Assembly (NCBI GenBank): GCA_046290225.1
Contig: JBKAGE010000014.1
Coordinates: 1 to 43,550, forward strand
Direction: 5' to 3'
DNA length: 43,550 nucleotides
Source: Bradymonadia bacterium
GTDB taxonomy: Bacteria > Myxococcota_A > Bradymonadia > UBA7976 > UBA1532
The notes below the pieces were generated by a model. It was not told the origin of the DNA. It was given only the letters and a program-made list of their open reading frames with translations, and made no database searches. Each line of letters begins with the position of its first letter. Positions within the stretch are counted from its first letter, which is position 1. The translations under genes and the position numbers were made by a program. Shown here in pieces: positions 10,042 through 18,636 of this stretch.

Positions 10042-13000
10042 TTGGAGGTAAAAATTACATCTCCACCTACACAGAAGACCCGACGCTTCAAGAAGCGTTG
10101 GATCTGGCTCTTCGTCGTGGGCCTCATCGGGGGTTTAACCGTCAGCGAGTTGAGGGGCGGCCGCATCCAGGCCACGGTCATGAGCTTGTCCGTGAAAGAC
10201 GCGCGCTTCGATCTGGCCCAGGGGCCCGCATTTGGCGTGCGCTACCCCTCTGGTGGGCCTTTCGACACCCGCATGGGGTACACCGAGATCCCCGGGCTCC
10301 GTAGCCGCCTCGAGTCCCGTGGGGGTGTGGTCACCGCCATGGCGCGGTGGTCGGATCGACTCAAAGATCTCGTCGATTTGGGTTTGTCGCCCCCCTACAC
10401 CGAGAAATCCCTCGCGGGTCTGCAGATCAAGGGCCGCCGCGGAGAGCTGCTCTACGACGCGGTCGATCCATATGACAGCGCCTTCACCACGCTCTCCGAC
10501 GTGCCGCCGGTGGTGGGTGAGGCCCTGATGTTCTTCGAAAACCGCGAGCTGCTCGACGACCGCAGCCCGTATCAGAACCCCGCCTTCGAGCTGAAGCGCA
10601 CCGCCTTCGCGGTGACGCAGGTCATCAAGAGCGCGGTGAAGCCCGGCACAAAGGTGCCTGGGGGCAGCACCCTGGCCACTCAGATGGAGAAGTTCCGCCA
10701 CGCCGACGGCGGCCGGACTCGGAGCGCGGGTGACAAGCTCAAGCAGATGCTCTCGGCGTCGCTTCGAGCATATGCCGAGGGGGTGGACACCACCGAGCAC
10801 AGGCAGCAGGTGCTCGTCGATTATTTGAACACCTTCCCTCTGGGGGCGGTGCCGGGCTTTGGTGAGGTCAATGGCCTCGGCCCTGGCTTGTGGGCGTGGT
10901 TCGGCCTCGATTTGCAAGAGATCGGGCCGCTGCTGGAGCGGGCCCGAGAGGTCTCGGCAGATGATCCCATGCTCTCCGCCCGCGCAGAGGCCCTGGCCCA
11001 CACGGTGGCGCTGTTGGTGTCGACCCGGCGCCCCAATGCCTTCCTCGCTGGGGATCGAGAGGCGATCCATCAGCGACTGGCCTTCGAGCTGGAGCAGATG
11101 GCCAAAGCCGGCCTCGTGTCGTGGCCCCTCGCCGAGGCGGCGAAGCGGGTGCGGCTGCGGCCAGTGGTGGAGCGTACGCCGAGGCCGCCTGTGAAGGCTG
11201 ATCGCAAAGGGGCGGAGGCCGTGCGCCGGGTCTTGCGGGGCTATCTCGACAAGGCCGACTACGATCTCGATCGCCTCGACCTCTCGGTGAGCACCACCCT
11301 CGATGTACCGGTTCAGCAAGCGGTGACGCAGTTTCTCCATCGCCTGCGGACCCCCGACGGTACGAAGGAGATCGGCCTGCGTCGGTTCCCCGGTGGGGCT
11401 GATCCCGGGCAGGTGCACTGGAGCCTGACGTTGTACGAGCGCCGCGGCGGGGTGAACCGGCTGCGGGTGCAGGCGGAGACCTCTCCCGGGCAGTTCAGCT
11501 ACAACGACAGCATGAAGCTGGAGCTGGGCTCGACGGCGAAGCTCCGCACGCTGGTGAGCTGGTTGTCGCTGATGGCTGAAGCCCGCTCGCGGTTCGAAAA
11601 GCGTGGGGTGCCCAAGCGCACCGAGCTCGATCCCCGCGATGCTCTGGGTCGTTGGGTCGCTCGGTGGATGCGCCACTGCGACGACGCCTGCACTGAAACA
11701 GATCTGATGGACGCTGCGCTGGAGCGCACGTTCTCGGCGAACCCCGACAAGTGGTTCTTCACCGGGGGCGGGCGCCACAAGTTCCACAACTTCAAGAGCA
11801 GCGACGATGGCCGCGAGTACACGGTGCGCAAAGCCTTCGCCCGCTCGGTGAACCTGCCCTTCGTGCGCATGATGGAAGAGGTGGTGCATCACCTGACCTA
11901 CGCCGATGGCGGGGCCCGGGTACTCCTCGAAGATCAGAACCACCCGGGCCGCCGGCCTTTGCTCGACGTCTTCGTGCAGCAAGAGGGGGCGGTCTTCGTG
12001 CGGCGCTTCTGGCGCCGGCACCAGGGCAAGCCCACCGACGAGATCCTCGGGGAGATGGCGAGCCGGAGCGGTGGCACGGCTGCGGCCCTGGCGGTGATCT
12101 TTCGCACGGTACGGCCCGAGGCGCCCCTGGCGGATTTCGAGGCCTACGCCCAGGCTCACATGAAGCCTCGTCTCTGGGATCGCCTCGACGCCGAAGCGCG
12201 ACAGGCGATCTACGACAAGCACGCCCGTGATGCCTTCGATCTTCAAGATCGGGGCTACATCGCCAGCGTGCATCCGCTGGAGCTGTGGGCGGCGCAGTGG
12301 CGTGAGGCTCACCCTGAGGGCGAGCTCTCGGCCCTGCTTGCCGAGAGCGGCGCCGCGGTGGCGGAGTCCTATCGCTGGCTCTATGGCCCCACGCAGGGTC
12401 GTGCGCAGAAGAACCGCATCAAGCAGGTGCTGGAGCAGCGGGCCTTCGAGCGACTACACCGCCGTTGGGTGAAGCTGGGTTTCCCCTTCGACAGCCTCGT
12501 GCCCTCGTACGCCACGGCTCTGGGCAGCTCTGGCGATCGTCCGGAGTCGCTGGCTACCCTGGCGGGCATTTTGAGCGCCGAGGGGGTGCGGCACCCCATG
12601 AGCCGGGTGAACCGCATGCACTTCGCCGCCGACACGCCCTACGACATGGTGGTGGATTTTCCGGGTCGAGCGGGCCAGCGGGTGCTGTCGCCCGACGTGG
12701 CCCGAGCAGCCCTCGAGGCCATGGAGGGGGTGGTGCGCAGGGGTACGGGCAAGGCCTTGAAAGGGGCTTTTGGTGGCGGCGCGTTGAAGCTGCGGGCCAA
12801 GACCGGCACCGGCGACAACCGCAACCGCCGAACCGACAAGCGGGGCCGCGTGTTGTCGGAGACAGTACACAGCCGTACGGCCACAGTGGTATTCACCCTG
12901 GGCGATCGGTGGTTCGGCACGATGACCGCGGTGGTCACCGGGAGCCACGCCGGCGCCCATGAATACACCAGCGGGCTGGTGGCCCAGGCGTTGTCCCGGA

Positions 13001-13074
13001 TGGCGCCGACGCTGCTGCCTGCGCTGCGGTCGGAGCAAAAGCCCCCGAAGGTCTCCGAGGGGCTGGCGCCCTGA
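10042..13074 (+). CDS. Large transglycosylase/transpeptidase (atypical class A PBP-like)
   Basis: N-terminal TM; GT51-like FFENRE and PGGSTLATQMEK; transpeptidase motifs STAK (SxxK), SVN (SxN), KTGT. Start uncertain. Confidence 0.85.
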   Translation: MEVKITSPPTQKTRRFKKRWIWLFVVGLIGGLTVSELRGGRIQATVMSLSVKDARFDLAQGPAFGVRYPSGGPFDTRMGYTEIPGLRSRLESRGGVVTAMARWSDRLKDLVDLGLSPPYTEKSLAGLQIKGRRGELLYDAVDPYDSAFTTLSDVPPVVGEALMFFENRELLDDRSPYQNPAFELKRTAFAVTQVIKSAVKPGTKVPGGSTLATQMEKFRHADGGRTRSAGDKLKQMLSASLRAYAEGVDTTEHRQQVLVDYLNTFPLGAVPGFGEVNGLGPGLWAWFGLDLQEIGPLLERAREVSADDPMLSARAEALAHTVALLVSTRRPNAFLAGDREAIHQRLAFELEQMAKAGLVSWPLAEAAKRVRLRPVVERTPRPPVKADRKGAEAVRRVLRGYLDKADYDLDRLDLSVSTTLDVPVQQAVTQFLHRLRTPDGTKEIGLRRFPGGADPGQVHWSLTLYERRGGVNRLRVQAETSPGQFSYNDSMKLELGSTAKLRTLVSWLSLMAEARSRFEKRGVPKRTELDPRDALGRWVARWMRHCDDACTETDLMDAALERTFSANPDKWFFTGGGRHKFHNFKSSDDGREYTVRKAFARSVNLPFVRMMEEVVHHLTYADGGARVLLEDQNHPGRRPLLDVFVQQEGAVFVRRFWRRHQGKPTDEILGEMASRSGGTAAALAVIFRTVRPEAPLADFEAYAQAHMKPRLWDRLDAEARQAIYDKHARDAFDLQDRGYIASVHPLELWAAQWREAHPEGELSALLAESGAAVAESYRWLYGPTQGRAQKNRIKQVLEQRAFERLHRRWVKLGFPFDSLVPSYATALGSSGDRPESLATLAGILSAEGVRHPMSRVNRMHFAADTPYDMVVDFPGRAGQRVLSPDVARAALEAMEGVVRRGTGKALKGAFGGGALKLRAKTGTGDNRNRRTDKRGRVLSETVHSRTATVVFTLGDRWFGTMTAVVTGSHAGAHEYTSGLVAQALSRMAPTLLPALRSEQKPPKVSEGLAP

Positions 13075-13095
13075 GCGCTCACCCTGCCGAGGCCC

Positions 13096-14211
13096 ATGGA
13101 ACATCTCTACCTGCCCGGGGGGGCTCAGTGCCCCTGGAACACAGCTGATCTGACCCCACTCTCCGGCCACCTCGAGCGGCGCCCGGAGGACTTCATCGTC
13201 GACGAGATCCCTGCGTATCTGCCCTCTGGAGAGGGATCCCACTGGTACGTGAAGTTGAGGAAACGCGATCTCACCAGCGAGCGGGCCCGGGACATCCTCG
13301 CTCGGGCCTCGGGGGTGAAGTCCCGAGACGTGGGCATGGCGGGTCGCAAAGATCGCCACGGCATCACCACACAATGGATGTCGCTGCCGAAAGAGCCGGT
13401 GGATCCAGAGGATGATCGACTCGAGATCGTCGAGGTGAGTCGTCACCGCAACAAGCTGAAGACGGGCCATGTGAAGGGGAACACCTTCCGCATTCGGCTC
13501 AGAGGCGGGGCTGAGGATGTGGAGGCGCGCCTGCCAGCTCTGCTGGCGCGGGTGAAGATGGGCGTGCCGAATTACTTCGGCGCCCAGCGCTTTGGTCGGG
13601 AGCCGCCCCAGAGCATGGCCGACCTGACGCCGCCGTTGATGTCGCCCCGCTTCAAGGGGCGCCGCAACCCGACGCGGGAGGTGCGTTTCGTGGCCTCGGT
13701 GGTGCAGTCGGTGGTCTTCAACCGCTGGCTGGGGGATCGCATGGTGGACGGGCTGCTTCACACGGTGCTCGCCGGTGATGTGTGTCAGAAGCGCGCCACG
13801 GGTGGGGTGTTCCAGAGCGAAGACGCGGCGGTGGATCAAGGCCGCATGGACGCCGGCGAGCTCGACATCATGGGGCCAATGATCGGGCCCAAGACCTTCC
13901 GCGCAGCCGGCGAAGCGCTGGCCCGAGAGGGGCGCGCAGCAGAGGCTGTGGGCATGACCGACGAGATCCTCGCGGCGTTGAAGCCTCTGGCCCCAGGCAC
14001 TCGCCGGGTGGCCTGCCTGCGCCCCGAGGGACTCTCGGCCTCGGTGGAGGGGGCCGATCTCTGGCTCTCGTTCACGTTGCCCTCGGGGGCGTATGCCACA
14101 ACCATTCTCGGCGCGCTGACACATCAGTCAGGGGATCTGCGAGTCGATGTGCGGCCCTCGGAAGAAGGCCCGCGCGAGGGTGACTTTGTCAGGCCTTCAA
14201 AAGACGACTGA
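13096..14211 (+). CDS. truD: tRNA pseudouridine(13) synthase TruD
   Basis: PEDFIVDE, AGRKDRHGITTQ (catalytic Asp), GNTFRIRLR, PNYFGAQRFG, FTLPSGAYAT. Confidence 0.95.
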   Translation: MEHLYLPGGAQCPWNTADLTPLSGHLERRPEDFIVDEIPAYLPSGEGSHWYVKLRKRDLTSERARDILARASGVKSRDVGMAGRKDRHGITTQWMSLPKEPVDPEDDRLEIVEVSRHRNKLKTGHVKGNTFRIRLRGGAEDVEARLPALLARVKMGVPNYFGAQRFGREPPQSMADLTPPLMSPRFKGRRNPTREVRFVASVVQSVVFNRWLGDRMVDGLLHTVLAGDVCQKRATGGVFQSEDAAVDQGRMDAGELDIMGPMIGPKTFRAAGEALAREGRAAEAVGMTDEILAALKPLAPGTRRVACLRPEGLSASVEGADLWLSFTLPSGAYATTILGALTHQSGDLRVDVRPSEEGPREGDFVRPSKDD

Positions 14212-14314
14212 TTGATCTGAACTGCCAGTTCGTCGTAGTCCTGTTCGGTCATATATCTTTTATGCTCAGGGAAGAGAGCGGTAAGAGAAGACCCCACTCG
14301 ACGGAGACTTTGAG

Positions 14315-15412
14315 ATGAGCAATTTCAACCTGTTGAAGAAGATCCCTCTGGCCATGATGATCTCGGCAGCGGCCCTCGTGGGCTGTGACGACGAGGCGGC
14401 CACCGCCGAGGGCGAAGCTGACTCCGGCGCTGGGGGCGCTGGCGCCGCCACCGGTGAAGGTGGTGGCGGTGGTGCCGTCGGAGGCGCTGGCGGAGGCGTC
14501 GCGGGTGCCGGCGGCATGGTCGCAGGTGGTGCTGGCGGTGAGGCCGGCGGCGCCGGCGGTGAAGCGGGCATGGGCGGCGAAGGCGGCATGGGCGGTGATC
14601 CCGGTGGCGCCGGCGGCATGGGTGGCGAAGGCGGCATGGGCGGTGATCCCGGTGGTGCCGGTGGCATGGGTGGTGATCCCGGTGGTGCTGGCGGCATGGG
14701 CGGCGAAGGCGGCATGGGCGGTGGCGTCGAGCCCGGCGCGCTCCCCAGCGGCCGCATCAACAGCCTGGCCATCGCCGATGGCTTCGACATGAACTGCCGC
14801 GATCTCAATGGCGACGGCAGCCCCAACAACTCCTTCGCCCTCGGGGCGCTGCTGGCCAACGGCTCCCTCGCCGACGCCATCAACAACGAAGAGTTCAACC
14901 TGGTGATCTCCGCCCTGGGTCTCGAGTCCGTCGCGGGTATGAACACCTTCGACGTGGCCCTCATGACCGCGGAGCCCTCCCTCGAGGCCTTCGACACCTA
15001 CATCGTTGATCCCGACGCCCTCAACGAAAACGGCGAGCCTCGGGTGCTGCTCCGCGACGCCACTGTGAACGACGGTGACTTCACCGCCGGCCCCGGCGAC
15101 TTCACCTTCGACCTCCCCCTCGGCGGTGCGCCGGTGCAGGTCACCCTCGGTGACACGCTGCTCAGCGGCACCATGTCCCTCCCCGACGGGGGCCTGCAGC
15201 TGCAGGGTGGTTACATCTCCGGCCTGCTCAGCCAGGCCGCCTTCGACGCCATCATCGCCGTCGTCGACGAGGAGTTCCGCGATCTCGCCGCCGGCCTGCT
15301 GCAGCCCGACGTCGACACCAACAACGACGGCACCGCCGACGCCTACAGCATGTGCTTGAGCTTCACCACGGCTCCGGCCACTCTGCAGGGGTACCCCGTC
15401 CAAGGTGAGTAA
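14315..15412 (+). CDS. Lipoprotein with Gly/Met-rich low-complexity linker and Ca-binding-like DxNxDG loops
   Basis: Lipobox LVGC; GGAG RBS; GGAGGMGGEGGMGGDP repeats; DLNGDG and DTNNDG motifs. Confidence 0.85.
   Translation: MSNFNLLKKIPLAMMISAAALVGCDDEAATAEGEADSGAGGAGAATGEGGGGGAVGGAGGGVAGAGGMVAGGAGGEAGGAGGEAGMGGEGGMGGDPGGAGGMGGEGGMGGDPGGAGGMGGDPGGAGGMGGEGGMGGGVEPGALPSGRINSLAIADGFDMNCRDLNGDGSPNNSFALGALLANGSLADAINNEEFNLVISALGLESVAGMNTFDVALMTAEPSLEAFDTYIVDPDALNENGEPRVLLRDATVNDGDFTAGPGDFTFDLPLGGAPVQVTLGDTLLSGTMSLPDGGLQLQGGYISGLLSQAAFDAIIAVVDEEFRDLAAGLLQPDVDTNNDGTADAYSMCLSFTTAPATLQGYPVQGE
14545..14724 (+). repeat. Intragenic tandem repeats encoding GGAGGMGG(E/D) units
   Basis: Repeated ggcggcatgggcggt/gatcccggtgg blocks, in frame within the lipoprotein gene. 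Confidence 0.85.
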
Positions 15413-15418
15413 GGCCTG

Positions 15419-16273
15419 ATGCATCCCACCCCCTCGCGCCCCCAGCCTCTGAGCGCTCTGCGGCGCGCCCTCTCCTTCCTGCCCTTTGTTGCGTTGTGTG
15501 TGGCCTGCAAGGCCGCACCGCCGGCCCCTGATGGCCCGACCACTCAGAAAGCCCAACAGGTCACTGTCGTTGCCGACGAGCAGCCCCTCGAGTACCTCGA
15601 GGTGATCACTGGGAACGCGCCAGAGAGCGAGGCGCTGCCCCTGGTGGTGGCGATCCATGGTCTGGGCGACGCCCCGGACAGGTTTCAGGGGCTGTTCAAG
15701 TTCTTCAACGTGCCTGCACGGATCATCATCCCCAAAGCGCCCACTGCACATGGGCCTGGCTTCAGCTGGTTCCCTGTGGGGGCCCTCAAGGGGGACGACG
15801 TACCCAAAGAGACCACCGACGGCATTTTGAAGTCCGCGATCCGCATCACGCGGCTCATGGATCAGGTGGCCCGTGAAAAAGCCACCCTCGGCAAGCCCAT
15901 TGTCACCGGGTTCTCACAGGGGGGCATTCTGAGCTTCGCCATCGCTCTCCATCACCCCGAGAGCATCTCCATGGCGCTGCCCATCTCTGGTGCATTGCCC
16001 AAATCGCTCTGGGTGAAGGGGGACACCAAGATGCCCCCTATCAAGGCGTTCCACGGCGGCACTGATCAGCGGGTGCCCGTGGCTGCAGCGCGGGCGATGG
16101 TGAAGCAGCTCGCCGAAGATGGTGCGACCGCCGAGATTCAGCTGTTTCGCGTGGGGCATCGCATGAACGCTGCCATGCGGGGCGCCTGGGCTGAGGCTCT
16201 TGCGGCCCAGCTGGACGTGCTCAACCCGCCGTCGTTCAAGCCATTGCTCAAGCAGGCGCCTGCGCCGAAGTGA
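15419..16273 (+). CDS. Alpha/beta hydrolase (phospholipase/carboxylesterase family), probable lipoprotein
   Basis: HGLGD, nucleophile elbow GFSQG, FHGGTDQRVP, VGH; lipobox-like CVAC. Confidence 0.9.
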   Translation: MHPTPSRPQPLSALRRALSFLPFVALCVACKAAPPAPDGPTTQKAQQVTVVADEQPLEYLEVITGNAPESEALPLVVAIHGLGDAPDRFQGLFKFFNVPARIIIPKAPTAHGPGFSWFPVGALKGDDVPKETTDGILKSAIRITRLMDQVAREKATLGKPIVTGFSQGGILSFAIALHHPESISMALPISGALPKSLWVKGDTKMPPIKAFHGGTDQRVPVAAARAMVKQLAEDGATAEIQLFRVGHRMNAAMRGAWAEALAAQLDVLNPPSFKPLLKQAPAPK

Positions 16274-16313
16274 GCGGACGGTGGTGCCAAAGGCACGGCC
16301 GTCCGCTCACTTC
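16267..16313. terminator. Hairpin between convergent genes, probable bidirectional terminator or 3' stabiliser
   Basis: 15-bp perfect inverted repeat gaagtgagcggacgg/ccgtccgctcacttc plus inner gtgcc-aaa-ggcac. Includes both stop codons; no long U tract. Confidence 0.6.
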
Positions 16314-17209
16314 TGCACCTTGAGCGCCCCGGGCAGTGCTCCGTAGCGCAGCAACCCCACCAGCGCCAGGGCCTTTCGACGCCTGAGCGCGTCACTCTCC
16401 GCCATACCCAGCGTGATCATGAGCCGTCCGCCGGGGATGGGCTCCCGTACAGTGGGGGCGCTGTTGACCTCTCCGTCGATCACGATGGCGACGCGCTTAC
16501 CCACCTGAGCACGGGTGAGGGCCTCGAATGTACGCGCACCTTCTGGGGTGAGGGTGAGGTTCACGTGGGGCATACCCATGCTGTCTCTGTCGGTGTAGCG
16601 GGTGTCGCAGCGGCTCAGCTGTGATTCACCGAGGGCCATGGGCCCGAGGGGCACAGCCTGGAACCTCGGGTATCCGGTGCCACCCCCGTCTTCGATGGCC
16701 CATGTGCGCCCCTCGGTGAGGGGGTGGCTCTTCAGGAAACCTTCCAGGGCTGCGCGATCAGCCGAGATCAGCGTGCGCTGGTCGTTGATGCTGCCGAGCT
16801 TGATCTCGGGTGGCAGGTTGGGGCGCCACTGCTCGATGAGAGGCTGCACTTCGGCGTCGGTGATGGGGTGCAGGCCCAGGTGGCCCGGCTGCAACAACCC
16901 TTCGAGATGGGCGAGTCCGCCTTCCAGCGCCCCCTTCACATGCATCAGGCCATCTTTGACCTCTATGCGCTCTACCCGACCCCCAGCGCCGGTGATGCGG
17001 GCTTCGAGGACAGGGGCTGCCCTCTCGAGATCGGGGCCCGAGAGGGTCACATGAAACGGTTGGGCGTCAAATGCTGCCATCATGCCTTTCAGTGCCACCG
17101 AGGGTTTGGTGGTCGGGCAATCTTGCGCTGTGGCGGGGGTGCCGGGCAACAACATGGCCACCAGAGTGACCAGGGTTGTGGACAGGGTGCGGAGTCTGAG
17201 GGTGGTCAT
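16307..17209 (-). CDS. Exported protein with stand-alone SecDF P1-head-like domain
   Basis: GGAGG RBS, signal peptide, SecD P1 motif VNLTLTPEGARTFEALTRAQVGKRVAIVIDGEVNSAPTVREPIPGG. No SecD transmembrane bundle. Confidence 0.8.
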   Translation of the reverse strand: MTTLRLRTLSTTLVTLVAMLLPGTPATAQDCPTTKPSVALKGMMAAFDAQPFHVTLSGPDLERAAPVLEARITGAGGRVERIEVKDGLMHVKGALEGGLAHLEGLLQPGHLGLHPITDAEVQPLIEQWRPNLPPEIKLGSINDQRTLISADRAALEGFLKSHPLTEGRTWAIEDGGGTGYPRFQAVPLGPMALGESQLSRCDTRYTDRDSMGMPHVNLTLTPEGARTFEALTRAQVGKRVAIVIDGEVNSAPTVREPIPGGRLMITLGMAESDALRRRKALALVGLLRYGALPGALKVQK

Positions 17210-17241
17210 GGGGCCTCCGAGGGGTCGAGGCCCGCAGTGTG

Positions 17242-17586
17242 TCAGGCCTCGGGGCCGACCCACAAGCGTCGGAGCAGGCTGTCGATGCTCTCGCGGCGTT
17301 CCGGCACATTCGAAGGGCGCTCGCTCTGGGTCTTGGGCTGAGACGTCTCGGTCTTGACCCAGACCTGCTCGGCGATCTGTGTGCTTTGCTTTTGTCGGGC
17401 CTGACGGCGCTGTTTCTGCTGGAGCAGCGCTTCGACGAGCTGCATGTGATGTGCCTCGCTGGTCTGCTTGGGCACGGGCTTCATCAGCCACTCGACGCCT
17501 GACTGGCTGACGACGCCGTCACCGGGGCCTGCAAAGGCGCTGGAGGTGAAGGCGGTGAGCAGGGTGATGATGATGTGGCAACGCAT
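17242..17586 (-). CDS. Small secreted hypothetical protein
   Basis: GGAGG RBS before ATG 17586; signal peptide ending SAFA. Confidence 0.6.
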   Translation of the reverse strand: MRCHIIITLLTAFTSSAFAGPGDGVVSQSGVEWLMKPVPKQTSEAHHMQLVEALLQQKQRRQARQKQSTQIAEQVWVKTETSQPKTQSERPSNVPERRESIDSLLRRLWVGPEA

Positions 17587-17757
17587 GACGACCTCCGCGT
17601 GGTGCATCCACGACGGGTTGGGTTCGGCGTATCCATGAAGCATCGCCCGTGCCAGATCTCAAGTTGTTGATTTTATTGGGTAGGCAGGTGGTGGCGGTGG
17701 TGGCTGATCGATCAGCCGGTCTGACCAGAGGCGAAGCCAGGTCTGCCAAGCGTTCGA

Positions 17758-18492
17758 TCAGCGGCGAGTGCACACCATCAGCAGCGTCAGACCCAGAGGA
17801 GGCACGATGCGGCGCTCAACTTGGGCAAACCACGTGTGCAGACCCTTGCGGAGCAGTCGCTTGCGCAGGTTGGGTTTGCCCCAACGGAACGACTCGTTCA
17901 TCTGAGACTTGAGTACCTTGGCGTAGAGGAAGGCTGGGGGCACGCCCAGCAGGTTCCAGTAGCGCATCTCCATCAGGTCGAGGGGCTCGTCGGCAACAAG
18001 ATCGAGCAGATCGCCCCGGTGATAGCGTCGGTGGTGGCCCACGGCCTCGTCACGGGGCCCGAAGACCGCCATCAGCGCAGGCACTGTGATCACGAGTCGA
18101 CCACCAGGGCGCACCAGGCGAACCATGTGAGACAAGAACCCCCGATCGTCGGCCACGTGCTCCAGGCAGTCCATGGACACGACGTTGTCCACCTGATGCC
18201 CCTGGGCCACCAGCGCGGCGAGATCTTCAGTGCTCACCCTCGCCGGATCATGGCCGCAGAGGCTCAAATGGGCGCGGGCGGTGTCGATGGTGGCGTCGCT
18301 GTGATCGATCCCCCGAGCGTCGCGGCCCTGGTCGAGCAGCCAGCTCACCAGACCGCCGCTGCCACAGCCCACGTCGAGCACTGAGCCTTCGAGCAGGCGG
18401 TCGTTCACCATGCGGTAGAGGTTCGCGGACCGAAAGTCGGTGCCGTGTACGTGGGCGAGGGCCGCCTGATGGGCTTCGAGAGGGGTCGTCAT
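17758..18492 (-). CDS. Class I SAM-dependent methyltransferase
   Basis: VLDVGCGSG, DCLEHVADD, VRPGG, ITVPA...DEAVGHHRRY. Confidence 0.9.
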   Translation of the reverse strand: MTTPLEAHQAALAHVHGTDFRSANLYRMVNDRLLEGSVLDVGCGSGGLVSWLLDQGRDARGIDHSDATIDTARAHLSLCGHDPARVSTEDLAALVAQGHQVDNVVSMDCLEHVADDRGFLSHMVRLVRPGGRLVITVPALMAVFGPRDEAVGHHRRYHRGDLLDLVADEPLDLMEMRYWNLLGVPPAFLYAKVLKSQMNESFRWGKPNLRKRLLRKGLHTWFAQVERRIVPPLGLTLLMVCTRR

Positions 18493-18636
18493 GGCCAGAA
18501 TCCTGCCGGTGATCACCGAGGGGCCGTGACGCCATCCTCGGGGCATCGAGGTATACGTGCGATGCCATGCCCTTTGCAAAACATGAGGCGTCTCCGTGGT
18601 GGATGAAGGCGTGTGTGCTCGATCAGAGTCTGCGGA

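Noticed and set aside
14545..14724. CRISPR array
   Set aside because: Repeats are in-frame Gly-rich coding units without unique spacers; no cas genes.
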